Shown here: piece by piece, positions 17,460-27,991 of the stretch
Layout of the letters: every line of letters begins with the position of its first letter
Position numbering within the stretch: position 1 is the first letter of the stretch
Origin: a virus
Lineage: Duplodnaviria > Caudoviricetes
DNA: 35,257 nucleotides
Virus record (IMG/VR): IMGVR_UViG_3300016263_000442
Span: 1 to 35,257 of that record
Direction: 5' to 3' (one strand)
Notes under the pieces: generated by a model
The model's database searches: none
Seen by the model: only the letters and a program-made list of their open reading frames with translations
What the model was told of the DNA's origin: nothing
Program-made: the position numbers and the translations under genes

Positions 17460-17675
17460 ATGCAGACAAGAGCTTCTTATAGAGGCTCAAATCTACAAAA
17501 TGAGGCGGCACCGTTCGTAGCTGAATACATACAACGCAAGAGATTGGCGAAGTTAGGAGTGACTTCAGATATTTCTAGCATACCTGCGCTTAAAGCTGAG
17601 ATTTTTGGTATAATCGACGTTGAACTGGATAAATGCCAAGCTGAAGACATGAGGTCAAAACATGGCAGAAAATGA
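17460..17675 (+). CDS. gpT-like C-terminal extension of the tail chaperone
   Basis: In the -1 frame relative to 17092..17445, directly before the TMP. Confidence 0.75.
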   Translation: MQTRASYRGSNLQNEAAPFVAEYIQRKRLAKLGVTSDISSIPALKAEIFGIIDVELDKCQAEDMRSKHGRK

Positions 17676-20022
17676 CGTTACCATTCAAATTAATGTCGAT
17701 GCCAAGGATGCGCAGAAGGCCATTGATGACTTTGGCAGGGAAAGCACAAAGGCTTTAAGCAATACAGAGAAACAATCTAATAATTTTTTTAATACATTTA
17801 AAGCAGGTGCCTTAAGACTAGCCGGACCCATTGGCGCAGTTGTCGGTGGGTTTCTTTCTATTCAAAAAGGAATAAATGATGCCGTAGAGGATGCAAAACT
17901 TACCCGCCAGATTGAAGCCAGTTTATTGGCCGTAGGTGATGCAAGCTCTGATACTGTTCAAGGCATCCTAGACTTTGCGGATGCTATTAAAGATGCAACC
18001 GGCGTATCTGATGACCTGGTTAAATCTACATTTATTACAGCCCAAAACTTTGGAATTTCTACAGATAAAGCTAAAGAGTTGACGGTTGCTGCTATTGATT
18101 TGGCCGCTGCTACAGGCACCGATGTCGAATCTGCTGTAAGGCTTTTGGGTGGTACGTTTGATGGAACAGTTGGAAAACTTGGAAATTACGGAGAAGAGTT
18201 TAGAAATTTAACTAAAGCTCAACTAGAAGCTGGCGATGCCATCGACTTGGTTTCAAAGAAATTTGGTGGAGCTGCTGCTAAGGATCTTGATACTTTCGGT
18301 GGAAGGCTTGGGCAATTAAGCAACTCCTTTGGAGACTTTTTAAAGGCAATAGGTCAGACTGTAACTGAAAGCCCTGCCGTTCAAGATGCTTTAAAGTTTA
18401 CAGCCGAAGGTATAGACGCAGTAACAGAGGCATTACAACGCCAAAAACAAGAGAGCACAATAGGCGTCACCATTACTGAGATTGGTGCTTCATATTCTCA
18501 GACATCTGAAAAAGTAAGATTATTAAAGCAAGAATTACAAGCATTTCAAGAAATAAATATAGGCGGCCAGTCTAAAGCGGTTGCTGATGGCTTTGCAGGT
18601 ATTGTTGAGCAAGCTCAAGGCGCAAGCTCTGCAACTGCTGACTTTGTTACTAGGTTGCAATCTTTTCCAGTACAAAAAGTAACTCAGGATCTTGGAGTAA
18701 CTGGTAAGGCTTTAGAAGAATTAAAAAAGAAAGCTAAAGAGACAAGAGAGCAATTTGAGAAGTTTCAAGGCGGGATTATATCCGGCAGGGGAACTGAGCA
18801 AGAAAAGGTACTACAAAAGCAAAAAGATGATTTAAAACAACTTGATGCTTTTGCAAAACAATCGGGAGCTGCTTCTGCAAAAGAAATATCTGCTTTAAGA
18901 ATAAGGATTAATCAAGATACAGCTGCTCAATTATTAAAAATTGAACAAGATACAGCAAAAAAAGGAAGTGATGAGGCTCAAAAAGCAGCAGAAGAGGCCG
19001 CTGCTGAATGGAAGGCAATACTTGAAAAACGTAGACAAGATTTTGAGACTAGCTTTGCCAACCCTGTAAGAACAGCTTTAGGTTCTTTATTCTCAAGCGA
19101 TGCAATATCAACTGAGTCAGTAGCTGGGGCAGTGAGCGGTGGATTAGCTCAAGTATTACAAGGTGAGCAAGGAGCAAAGCAATTTACTTCGCAATTATTT
19201 GGAAGTGCAGCAGATTTGGTTTTACCAGGAATAGGTGGAGCCGTAACACAGATTGCCGGATTACTTTCACAAGGTCCAGAGCAAGTTAAAAAGGTAATTG
19301 AAGAATTTGTGAAGTATGTCCCAGAATTTATTGAAGCTATAGCTGATGCAATACCAGTTGTAGTTGAGACATTGATTGATGTCCTTCTATTTAAAGGCGG
19401 CCTTGAAAGAATTATAGGGGCTTTATTGAGAGCAAGTCCTAGAATTGCCATAGCCTTGGCAGTTGCTTTCAGGGATGCCGTTGTAAACGGTGCCAATGCA
19501 ATTGGTAATGCTATAGGCAAGTTTTTCTCAGACGCATTAAACTCAATTTTTGAGCCGATTCAAGATTTGTTTAAACCGTTAGAAGATGCTCTAGGATTTT
19601 TATCAGAATTAATTGGACAACTATTTCAACCGATAGCTGATTTGATTAATGCCATAGCAAGTGCTTTTGGTGGCAAAGGTGGGGGCAGAGGTTTAATCGC
19701 CGAAACTTTTGACAGATGGTTTAGCAGAGGTGGCCTTGTATACGCTGCTGATGGATTCTTTCAACCAAGAGGCACCGATACTGTACCAGCCATGTTGACG
19801 CCAGGTGAGTTAGTTGTACCAAGGGATATGGTAGGTGAGCTTGGGGCATTTTTAAATAGCCAAAGATCACAAGCACCTGGAAGTGACTCTGCTATGTTGT
19901 CTGCTATTTATGCAGCGGTATCTGGTCCAATAGTTGTTAAGACAGAGGCAAAAGTGAAAGAGCAAGCTTTTGCTGATATAATTCTCCAATTGAATAGACA
20001 AAATGCAAGGCTGAGAGCATGA
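17662..20022 (+). CDS. Tape measure protein
   Basis: 786 aa, Ala/helical; V.I.I.VDA N-terminus, AIDLAAATGTD, C-terminal GG...GTDTVPAMLTPGE.V. Confidence 0.92.
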   Translation: MAENDVTIQINVDAKDAQKAIDDFGRESTKALSNTEKQSNNFFNTFKAGALRLAGPIGAVVGGFLSIQKGINDAVEDAKLTRQIEASLLAVGDASSDTVQGILDFADAIKDATGVSDDLVKSTFITAQNFGISTDKAKELTVAAIDLAAATGTDVESAVRLLGGTFDGTVGKLGNYGEEFRNLTKAQLEAGDAIDLVSKKFGGAAAKDLDTFGGRLGQLSNSFGDFLKAIGQTVTESPAVQDALKFTAEGIDAVTEALQRQKQESTIGVTITEIGASYSQTSEKVRLLKQELQAFQEINIGGQSKAVADGFAGIVEQAQGASSATADFVTRLQSFPVQKVTQDLGVTGKALEELKKKAKETREQFEKFQGGIISGRGTEQEKVLQKQKDDLKQLDAFAKQSGAASAKEISALRIRINQDTAAQLLKIEQDTAKKGSDEAQKAAEEAAAEWKAILEKRRQDFETSFANPVRTALGSLFSSDAISTESVAGAVSGGLAQVLQGEQGAKQFTSQLFGSAADLVLPGIGGAVTQIAGLLSQGPEQVKKVIEEFVKYVPEFIEAIADAIPVVVETLIDVLLFKGGLERIIGALLRASPRIAIALAVAFRDAVVNGANAIGNAIGKFFSDALNSIFEPIQDLFKPLEDALGFLSELIGQLFQPIADLINAIASAFGGKGGGRGLIAETFDRWFSRGGLVYAADGFFQPRGTDTVPAMLTPGELVVPRDMVGELGAFLNSQRSQAPGSDSAMLSAIYAAVSGPIVVKTEAKVKEQAFADIILQLNRQNARLRA

Positions 20023-21122
20023 GTACAGCAATAAAAAATGCAAGATTTGCCTACAATAATTATTTGGATGCGCCCACTTTATCGGCGACTGCTGCTAAGG
20101 CGGGATACCCTCTCAGCAATGCGATTTCAGGGATTAGAAGTAAATTGTATAAGCCGGAGAACCGCTTTGAGATTCACTCAAAAAACTGCCAGGTTCATAT
20201 TGATGCGACAACGTATAAGATCGCAGAGGGAACTTACTCAGAATCTCAGTTAATTACAGCCTTTAACGCCGCAGTAGACGATCCTCTTGCTCCTGTTCCG
20301 GTTTTTATACCAGCAACATTATCAAAAGTAGCAAATGGCTTTAAAATAACTTCTACAAGCGGAAGCAAAACATTTAAATTGAGTAACCAGACTAATGCTA
20401 TATGGTCTACTCTTGGATTTTTGACTACTGCTGACAAGGTTGGAACGTCAATAGAAGCAGATGAAATGCGCCACAATAACGGCGTATGGATTAAAGTAGA
20501 TCTTGGGATGCCTCAGAATATGGATTTTGCGGCTTTGTTGCCACCTGCGAATGAGGCTTTTTCATGCAGTGCTGCCAGCATAAAAATGCAAGGCAATAAC
20601 ATTGACTATTGGCTTGATGATTTTCCGATCAATCTTGATTTTGAAGTATCAGACCAAGGTGCTTTCTTTGCTGGCGATCCTTCTCAGCCTTGTAGATATT
20701 GGCGCATTTTTATCGATGATCCTACCAATGATGCAATAGAAATAGCCGTAGCATGGATGGGATCTGCAGTCATTTGCAGCAATACAAATATAGCAACCGG
20801 ATTTACCCGCAGCAGAGAAGACACAAGCGTTAAATTGGTATCTGAAAACGGTACTTTTTACATCGATCGCAGGCCAAAGGTTTTAACTCTTAGTTCTATA
20901 TCTGTCCAACTTTTGCGGGCTGATGAATTGCTTGAAATGGAACAGTTATTTTATGATCTAGGCATAGAAAAACCATTCTTTCTTTGCATCGATCCTAAGA
21001 AGCAAGTCAGCAGCAATCTTGCTCAGATGACACATTATGTAGCTGCTACTAATGCTTTACAGTTGCAGCATGTTCTTAGGGATTATTACAATTTATCAAT
21101 TGAACTTAGGGAGGTGCTATGA
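20019..21122 (+). CDS. Tail tip (distal-tail-like) protein
   Basis: First gene after the TMP; IKVDLG...RYWRI discoidin-like strands. Confidence 0.6.
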   Translation: MSTAIKNARFAYNNYLDAPTLSATAAKAGYPLSNAISGIRSKLYKPENRFEIHSKNCQVHIDATTYKIAEGTYSESQLITAFNAAVDDPLAPVPVFIPATLSKVANGFKITSTSGSKTFKLSNQTNAIWSTLGFLTTADKVGTSIEADEMRHNNGVWIKVDLGMPQNMDFAALLPPANEAFSCSAASIKMQGNNIDYWLDDFPINLDFEVSDQGAFFAGDPSQPCRYWRIFIDDPTNDAIEIAVAWMGSAVICSNTNIATGFTRSREDTSVKLVSENGTFYIDRRPKVLTLSSISVQLLRADELLEMEQLFYDLGIEKPFFLCIDPKKQVSSNLAQMTHYVAATNALQLQHVLRDYYNLSIELREVL

Positions 21123-21565
21123 GCATCTTTAAATATCCCTATGAGGGTTATTTTAATATCTTAAATGAGCCAATAACTCAGCTAGGTAGTTATCAATTAA
21201 CATCAGACGGTGAGCTGTCTTTGGCAAATCTTAGGGTTTATCACAAAAAAACAGGAGCATTTGATTATCAGATGCGTCTTATTTTGTCTCAAGCAGAAGG
21301 CAAAGCACCGATAGCTTATAGCAACTGGGAGCAATTTAATAACGCTGCCATAGGCCAGACAACGGCAAATTGGATGGGAGACCTTACCTTTACATTTGAA
21401 GGCTATAAGTTACAATCAGATTTTGCCTACGCTATTGCCATAGAAGTTACTGGCTACACAAGAGACACAGATAATACCTATCTAGGCGTCTGGCTTGATT
21501 GGTGGTATCCCGTAGGAGTTAGCAACTCAGCCGGAGCAAGAATAGCTTTAGGAGTTAAGCGGTGA
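21119..21565 (+). CDS. Hypothetical tail-associated protein
   Basis: ATGA/GTGA-coupled within the tail operon. Confidence 0.55.
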   Translation: MSIFKYPYEGYFNILNEPITQLGSYQLTSDGELSLANLRVYHKKTGAFDYQMRLILSQAEGKAPIAYSNWEQFNNAAIGQTTANWMGDLTFTFEGYKLQSDFAYAIAIEVTGYTRDTDNTYLGVWLDWWYPVGVSNSAGARIALGVKR

Positions 21566-24054
21566 CATTTCAAGATAAGGCACAGCTTTCCGCTTCAGAG
21601 CGATTCTTTTTAGTTCGCATGACTCCCAGGCGATTTTTGAGCAAAGGATCTGGCAATCTTGTTTTGGTGCCTGAGATTTTTACTTATACAATTCCAACAG
21701 ATTTAAATATAAATAAAATAACTATTAATGATTATCTGCTTTCAACATCAAACTATGTTTACAATACAAACACCTCAAGCAATTTAATAATTACAAGCCC
21801 AACATTTACAGCTAGTCAAATTATTAAGGGAATGTTTTATAAAATTAAAACAGTTGGGACTACAAATTGGACGCTATACGGAGCAGCAAGCAACACTGTT
21901 GGACTAAGCTTTCAGGCTACGGCCACCGGAACTGGAACAGGCACAGCGGTTTTTGATTTAGAATTTGGTGGCTTTGGTTCTAACGTAGTTGTTTTGGAGC
22001 ATGATCTTTATTTTACTGGGACCAAGCACAGAGAGACTTTAGGAATTTCCGGCCTTCCAGATGCCAAATGGGAGCCTTTAATAGCCAATTATTCTGGATT
22101 TTCCCAGTCAATGCAAAACATAGCCGAAGGCGTCTTCAGTCTAAGCGGCTCAAATCTTGAGCTTATATCTACCGACAGATGGGCGCAAAGTTTAGTAGGT
22201 ACTCCAGATCCAAGCCCAACTATTGGAGTTGGCGGCCAATACGAAAGCCTAAGCTCTTGTCCTGTGTCAGTCTGGGCTTGTATTGATTCAGCGGAAAATA
22301 ACCGTAAGATTTTTGACGGTGAAGTTGCTTCATTCAGATACAACTACGGAACAGTATCGTTATCAATAATTGATACATTTCAAAAGCTAAATAACACCGC
22401 TTCATTTGGAACAAGAGAACAATCCGAAATCTTTAAAGGTCAAAGCATTTTTGGAATAACAGCAAGCCCAAATCCTGATGACCAAAATAAAAAAATACCA
22501 TTTACTCTTGGGAAATCTAGTCCATACACAGTAAGTCTTGGTTATAAGCACATTGATCCATTCAGCACAACAACAATAATACCAAAGCTTTATCATCTTT
22601 CAGACGGACAACAAGCCTATCGAATGAAAGAAACTGACCAAGCTCTTGAGAGCTACTGGCTTGCGGGAAGGTCGGTCAGTCCAGTTAAGCTTTTAACTTT
22701 TGGACCTATGTTTGCTGGAAGCAATACAAAGATTTTAAATTTTAAAAAAATAATCACAGGAACAAAAGTCATAGATGACGGTGGAGTTAATGACGGAAAA
22801 TCAGAGCCTACAACTATAACCGTAGTCAATAGGGTGATTTTTGTAAGACTTGCAAATCTGTCTAATTTTAACGGAGAAATTGGTGACGTAATACCTGGAC
22901 CCGTATTTTACGGAATAGACGGGGAAGTAAGCTGCGGTGTTATATCTGGATATGGTTCAAATATAATCCCAGGTCAAGATTATAACCTTGCAATAACTTT
23001 AATATATGACAACGGAGTGAAATGGGACAAGGTTGGTTTACCAAATGAGCAAACTGTTGCGGCAATAACTTTAAGTGACAATACATTTCCTAGTCTTAGC
23101 GTTTGGGTTGAGGCTGATGACACAGCAGAATATGAATACGATTTAGTTCAAATAGTAGATACTGGATCTGGTAATTTACAATTAAAAGACAGATTCAATT
23201 ATATAACTAAATATCTGCCAATCACTTCTATTTTTAGCGCACCTGAATATGATATTGGAGGCAAAACAGTTTATACCGTTGGATTTACGCTTGGTCCAAA
23301 TTCAAAAATAAACCTAGCGACATCGATAGTTAAATGTAGATTTAGCCCATCAGAATCAATGAACCATTCTGATGCTTTAAAGTTCATAGTCAAATCTGCT
23401 GGCATGGAAGTTAATGACGCAAGCTTTACACAAGCCGCAGCCGATCTTGATGCTAACGTATCTGTGACATTCCCACTTGATGGGCAAGAGTTTCCGTCAT
23501 ACCTAGAAGCGGCTCAGGCCATTACATCGTCAACTATTGGCCTTCTTAGGGTAAATCAAAGCCGCCAGGTTGAGTATGAGTTGATAAAAAACCCATCAGC
23601 TTTGACTGTAGACAGCATAAAAAGCCCTATTAATATGCTTGAAGGCCAGACTTCTAGCTCAGTTGATTATCAAGATTTAGCCAGCCGGATTGAGTTTGAA
23701 AATCCTCAGCTAAATAACCTTGCCGCTCTTGAAAATATAGGGCCAAAGGCGGTAGTTGAGTTCCCAATTGTTAAGTATTTACACAAGGTTGATAAAACTA
23801 AAAAAGTAACCCATGTGCTTGAAAATATAGCCCCTAGACGGGATGCAATTGCTGGATATTTTGCCAGCCCAACGGTAGAATATAGCCTAGCAACTGCAAG
23901 CGAAGACTTAGCCAGCTCAATCGGTGATATTGTAGAAATACAAAATACGGCCGTTGCTGACACAAAGCAGACAACCAAAGGTGTCATTGTGGCACTTGAC
24001 CAGTCAGGATCAACTACAAGCGTCAAAGTAAATGAGATAAGGGGAGTTGAGTAA
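21562..24054 (+). CDS. Tail tip/hub-like protein
   Basis: 830 aa in the tail operon; IFDGEV and IGDIV.I hub-type motifs. Confidence 0.6.
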   Translation: MTFQDKAQLSASERFFLVRMTPRRFLSKGSGNLVLVPEIFTYTIPTDLNINKITINDYLLSTSNYVYNTNTSSNLIITSPTFTASQIIKGMFYKIKTVGTTNWTLYGAASNTVGLSFQATATGTGTGTAVFDLEFGGFGSNVVVLEHDLYFTGTKHRETLGISGLPDAKWEPLIANYSGFSQSMQNIAEGVFSLSGSNLELISTDRWAQSLVGTPDPSPTIGVGGQYESLSSCPVSVWACIDSAENNRKIFDGEVASFRYNYGTVSLSIIDTFQKLNNTASFGTREQSEIFKGQSIFGITASPNPDDQNKKIPFTLGKSSPYTVSLGYKHIDPFSTTTIIPKLYHLSDGQQAYRMKETDQALESYWLAGRSVSPVKLLTFGPMFAGSNTKILNFKKIITGTKVIDDGGVNDGKSEPTTITVVNRVIFVRLANLSNFNGEIGDVIPGPVFYGIDGEVSCGVISGYGSNIIPGQDYNLAITLIYDNGVKWDKVGLPNEQTVAAITLSDNTFPSLSVWVEADDTAEYEYDLVQIVDTGSGNLQLKDRFNYITKYLPITSIFSAPEYDIGGKTVYTVGFTLGPNSKINLATSIVKCRFSPSESMNHSDALKFIVKSAGMEVNDASFTQAAADLDANVSVTFPLDGQEFPSYLEAAQAITSSTIGLLRVNQSRQVEYELIKNPSALTVDSIKSPINMLEGQTSSSVDYQDLASRIEFENPQLNNLAALENIGPKAVVEFPIVKYLHKVDKTKKVTHVLENIAPRRDAIAGYFASPTVEYSLATASEDLASSIGDIVEIQNTAVADTKQTTKGVIVALDQSGSTTSVKVNEIRGVE

Positions 24055-27000
24055 AATGCCTACAGTAAAAAAGCTACAATTCGCAAATGGTACAAACATC
24101 ACACCGCCAGCGGATTTAACCCTTGAGACGGCAATAAATTCTTTGCCTACATTTACAGACGATGCGGGCTATGACGTAGAATATGAAGTGCAAGAAGGTT
24201 CTATATATTTAAATACTACTTTAAAAGCTCCAAGGATGTATCTTGGCGGAGCTTGGCGTACAGGCATTATGCAAAACAATGCAACCGATGCAACAAAGCA
24301 GGTTGTACTAGACACTGACGGCGCATTGACTGGCGTAACTCATACTCTTGATTTTAATGGAACAGCCAACAGGGTTTACTCATTTCCAAATGAGACTGGT
24401 ACAGTTGTTTTAACTCTTGCAGCACAAGAGCTTGAAAACAAAACAATAAAAAACGGCTTTCTTGATGGAACAAAAATTAGAAACGGTGCTTTAGATGTTG
24501 AAGCAGCCGGAGCTTTGACCATTGGAGCTACTGTGGGTGCCAATAATTTGACGCTTGGTCATGCTGATTCTACGGTTCAGATCCCAGGAAATTTAACTGT
24601 ATCAGGAACAACTACTACAGTTAATACCGACACACTTGATGTAGAAGACAAAAACATCACTGTAAACAAGGGTGGAAATGATGCAACATCAGCCGGAGCT
24701 GGACTTACAGTTGACAGGACTGGAACAAAGGGAAGCCTTGTTTATGACAATGCGGCTGCAAGCAAATTTAAGGTAGGAAATTTAGGCTCAGAAGTTGAAA
24801 TTGTTGACCTTAGCAGCGCACAAGCTTTGACTAATAAAACAATTAACGCCAGCCTAAATACAATTAGCAACATAAGTTCATCCATGGTTACTGGTACAAT
24901 AGCACCCAGCAAAGGCGGAACTGGCGTATCAAATAACGATGCAGCAACTTTAACTAGAACAGGTAATCATCCTGTAACTTTAACGACAACGGCAAGCACA
25001 AGCGTTACGCTGCCTACAACTGGAACGCTTGCCACAGTTTCAGACATAACAACCACAAGCTTGCAAATGTCAAACAAGACACTTGTAGAATCGACAATTG
25101 ATAACTTTATTGACATTAATGAAGAGACAGCACCCTCCGCTCCTGGAGCTGGCAAGCTAAGGGTTTATGCAAAAGTAGACGGCAAGCTGTATAAAAAAGA
25201 TGACACTGGAGTAGAAAGCGAAGTAGGTTCAGGCGGAGCTGGAACAGGCCGCAATTATCTCCAAGATTGGTATGACGGTCTCAAAGCTGTATCAATTGCA
25301 TCTGCTACGATAGCAAGTGACACTGGCAATAGAACAGTAGATGGCGTTGAGAATTTAAAGTGGGCACAGAGTACGCTTGCCGGAGCAACTGTAGAAAACA
25401 ATACAGTAAGCCCATTAAGACAGACTGGTGATTTAAAAATAAATTCTACTGCCTCTGTGATTGGTGCTTTTGTTGAAACACCATTATTTTCATTAGACAG
25501 AATGGATCTTGGAAGCACAGTTGGTATTGAGTTCGATTTATATAATCCATTTACACCGACTGCTTATGAGCTTTTGGTCATTAGATATAATTCATCTGGT
25601 GTTTATCAACAGACAATTATACCAGCCGGAACAGCAAGCGCATCGGCTTTAAAGGGCGTTGTTATTCCTGGTGGGACAAATAAATTTAAAAGTTATTTTA
25701 TAACTTCAAATAGTTCTAGCGATTTATATGCTTTAAGATTTAGAAAAATATCATTTGAAGATTTTGACCTGCAAATAGATAGCTTATTTGTTGGTCCTAA
25801 TAAATACATTGAAGGCGCAATTGTAAGTGATTGGCAATCATACACACCGACTTTTACTGGGTTCGGAACTGTAACCGGTGTAGATGCTAAATGGAGACGC
25901 ATTGGAACAAGTCTTCAAGCACAGATAAAATTTACATCTGGAACAGTTCCATTGGCAACAATTGGAAGGATAAGTATACCTAGTAATTTGACTATTAATT
26001 CTTCGGCCCAATTAAAAATAGTAGGAACTTGTGCAACGCAAAGATTAACAACTTCTGGAAACTTAAATGCGGCTTTGGTTTTTGTTGCGTCTGGTCAAAC
26101 GACAAATGTATCATTTACAAATGTTGCAGATGGTACAACAAAAAATTTAAGCGAAATAAATTCTACTGCTATTTTTGGCAATAATGTTGAACAATCATTA
26201 TATTTTGAAGTTCCAATTTCTGAGTGGGAAAATTTAGGCACAACAACATTGGCAGAAAGAACGCTTGAAGAATATGCAAGCAATTCAAACACATCTGATA
26301 CAAATGATTTGACATCATTTATTAATGGGCCAGATGGTTCTACTATGCCAGGACCATTAACTGCAATTCGATTTAAAAGGGTTAGGTTTCAGTCTCCAAT
26401 TTTACCAACAGATACAATTTTTTTAGAAACAAGAAGAACCACAACAAGTGCTTGGAGTGTTTTGACATCATCATATGACGCAACATCTGGTTTTGGGTCA
26501 TTGCAAAGACAAAATATAACCGCTTATGGTATGAATATCGATTCTGTTCAAGTTGGCTCAACAGATTTAAACGTAACTTTTGGTCAATATCTTTATCCTA
26601 GTGGCGCAACTTATGGAAGTGCTGGAACGAATTGGTCTACATCATCAGGCTATTGGAGAGTCCGCAAAATATCTGCTGGCGCAGCAATAGGATACCCAGT
26701 ATCAGCTAGAAATATAGTCGGTGACAGAAGTGGTACAGTTGTGCCATCAGGTTATATTTTTGAAAAAATAACATTTACAAATAGAGACATATCGGCAAAC
26801 ACAGCTGGAGCAACACCAAGTACATCATCACTTGGAACATTAACGCCAGGTGTTTGGATTTTGTATTTTGGATGGGTTAATACAACTGCTGCTGGTTCTA
26901 CTGGTGAGTCTGTTTATCTTTGTAATTCTTCTGGATTAACTTTTTATTCTGAGGTGTGTTATGCTTATCACAACAATGCTTTTTCTGGAAGATGGACAGG

Positions 27001-27112
27001 ATTGCCAGCAACAATTAATTTAACATCTGATACGCCTATTTTTGCAGCCGCTAAGGCTTTTGGAGCAAATCATACTGTAACTGTTCAAGGTTTTGCTATT
27101 AGAATCGGATAA
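24047..27112 (+). CDS. Tail fibre / receptor-binding protein (probable start 24056)
   Basis: Thr/Ser-rich; GNLTVSGTTTTVNT..L.VED, QALTNKTI, TLPTTGTLAT, SDWQSYTPT motifs. Confidence 0.8.
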   Translation: MSKMPTVKKLQFANGTNITPPADLTLETAINSLPTFTDDAGYDVEYEVQEGSIYLNTTLKAPRMYLGGAWRTGIMQNNATDATKQVVLDTDGALTGVTHTLDFNGTANRVYSFPNETGTVVLTLAAQELENKTIKNGFLDGTKIRNGALDVEAAGALTIGATVGANNLTLGHADSTVQIPGNLTVSGTTTTVNTDTLDVEDKNITVNKGGNDATSAGAGLTVDRTGTKGSLVYDNAAASKFKVGNLGSEVEIVDLSSAQALTNKTINASLNTISNISSSMVTGTIAPSKGGTGVSNNDAATLTRTGNHPVTLTTTASTSVTLPTTGTLATVSDITTTSLQMSNKTLVESTIDNFIDINEETAPSAPGAGKLRVYAKVDGKLYKKDDTGVESEVGSGGAGTGRNYLQDWYDGLKAVSIASATIASDTGNRTVDGVENLKWAQSTLAGATVENNTVSPLRQTGDLKINSTASVIGAFVETPLFSLDRMDLGSTVGIEFDLYNPFTPTAYELLVIRYNSSGVYQQTIIPAGTASASALKGVVIPGGTNKFKSYFITSNSSSDLYALRFRKISFEDFDLQIDSLFVGPNKYIEGAIVSDWQSYTPTFTGFGTVTGVDAKWRRIGTSLQAQIKFTSGTVPLATIGRISIPSNLTINSSAQLKIVGTCATQRLTTSGNLNAALVFVASGQTTNVSFTNVADGTTKNLSEINSTAIFGNNVEQSLYFEVPISEWENLGTTTLAERTLEEYASNSNTSDTNDLTSFINGPDGSTMPGPLTAIRFKRVRFQSPILPTDTIFLETRRTTTSAWSVLTSSYDATSGFGSLQRQNITAYGMNIDSVQVGSTDLNVTFGQYLYPSGATYGSAGTNWSTSSGYWRVRKISAGAAIGYPVSARNIVGDRSGTVVPSGYIFEKITFTNRDISANTAGATPSTSSLGTLTPGVWILYFGWVNTTAAGSTGESVYLCNSSGLTFYSEVCYAYHNNAFSGRWTGLPATINLTSDTPIFAAAKAFGANHTVTVQGFAIRIG

Positions 27113-27120
27113 AAGACATA

Positions 27121-27975
27121 ATGTTTAGATTATTTATAATTTTGCTGCTTGTCTCTTGCGGAAAGCATGAGCCTAAAAAGCCTACTACAATCAATCCGGA
27201 CGTAGTTGCTAAGGCAGAATTATATAAGTCTCTCCATAAAGGATGGGCGCATCAAGGTGGATGCGATTCTTTGGGATTTACTTCTCTTTGCAAGTTATCC
27301 GGTGGATGCTCAGATACAGTCATTACTGACGCAGAGGGGGAGCCTGGGCGGTGGTATCGCAATCCTGGGAAGCGTTGCTACGATGACGGTCAAAGCAAAT
27401 CAGACATTTCAAAGGATATGTTTATCATGCTTTTGCCTTACTTGTACGCCAGCAATGATCAGCAAAACATCAAAGAGATATATGCGTATGGTCAGAAAAA
27501 TGGATGGGTAATGGGCAGAGGCCCGCTTAGCCGTACATTCTTAACTCCTCCGCTTGTATTTTTGATTGAACAGATGCTTGGTAGATGGAAAGTTGAGGTG
27601 CAGATAAAAGAGACCACAAAGGCTGGATATGAGAAGCACCTAGACGCAATCTATTTAATAAATAAATGGATGGTAAACGGCTCCATCGACTCTTTGCAAT
27701 ATGAGCAAATCAAAAAATATAAAGACGAAAATCCTAGCAATGCTCTCATGCAAGCTATCTACCACAAGTTCTCAGACGGCGATCAATCCGATACAATAGC
27801 TATTTTGTTAGATGAAAGTCTATTTCCCAGAGATAGGTTGCCTGCTGCGAAAGATCGCTGTGAGGAATACCTGTGGCAAAGAGACTTCGGCGATGATTGG
27901 AAGCCCTGTAATTATGACAAGATACATGATGGGGTAGATTTTTTGATTGCCGCTTTTGTTGCTGGACAGATTTAA
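27121..27975 (+). CDS. Predicted lipoprotein, unknown function
   Basis: MFRLFIILLLVS-C lipobox; several Cys. Confidence 0.65.
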   Translation: MFRLFIILLLVSCGKHEPKKPTTINPDVVAKAELYKSLHKGWAHQGGCDSLGFTSLCKLSGGCSDTVITDAEGEPGRWYRNPGKRCYDDGQSKSDISKDMFIMLLPYLYASNDQQNIKEIYAYGQKNGWVMGRGPLSRTFLTPPLVFLIEQMLGRWKVEVQIKETTKAGYEKHLDAIYLINKWMVNGSIDSLQYEQIKKYKDENPSNALMQAIYHKFSDGDQSDTIAILLDESLFPRDRLPAAKDRCEEYLWQRDFGDDWKPCNYDKIHDGVDFLIAAFVAGQI

Positions 27976-27984
27976 TGCTAAAAT
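27956..27984 (+). promoter_or_regulatory. Sigma70-like promoter giving a possibly leaderless mRNA at ATG 27992
   Basis: TTGTTG-N17-TAAAAT with extended TG; ATG 7 nt after the -10, no SD. Confidence 0.45.
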
Positions 27985-27991
27985 AAATAGC

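Noticed and set aside
24047-27112. Diversity-generating retroelement or invertible tail-fibre cassette
   Set aside because: No reverse transcriptase or invertase, and no TR/VR repeat pair or flanking inverted repeats seen.
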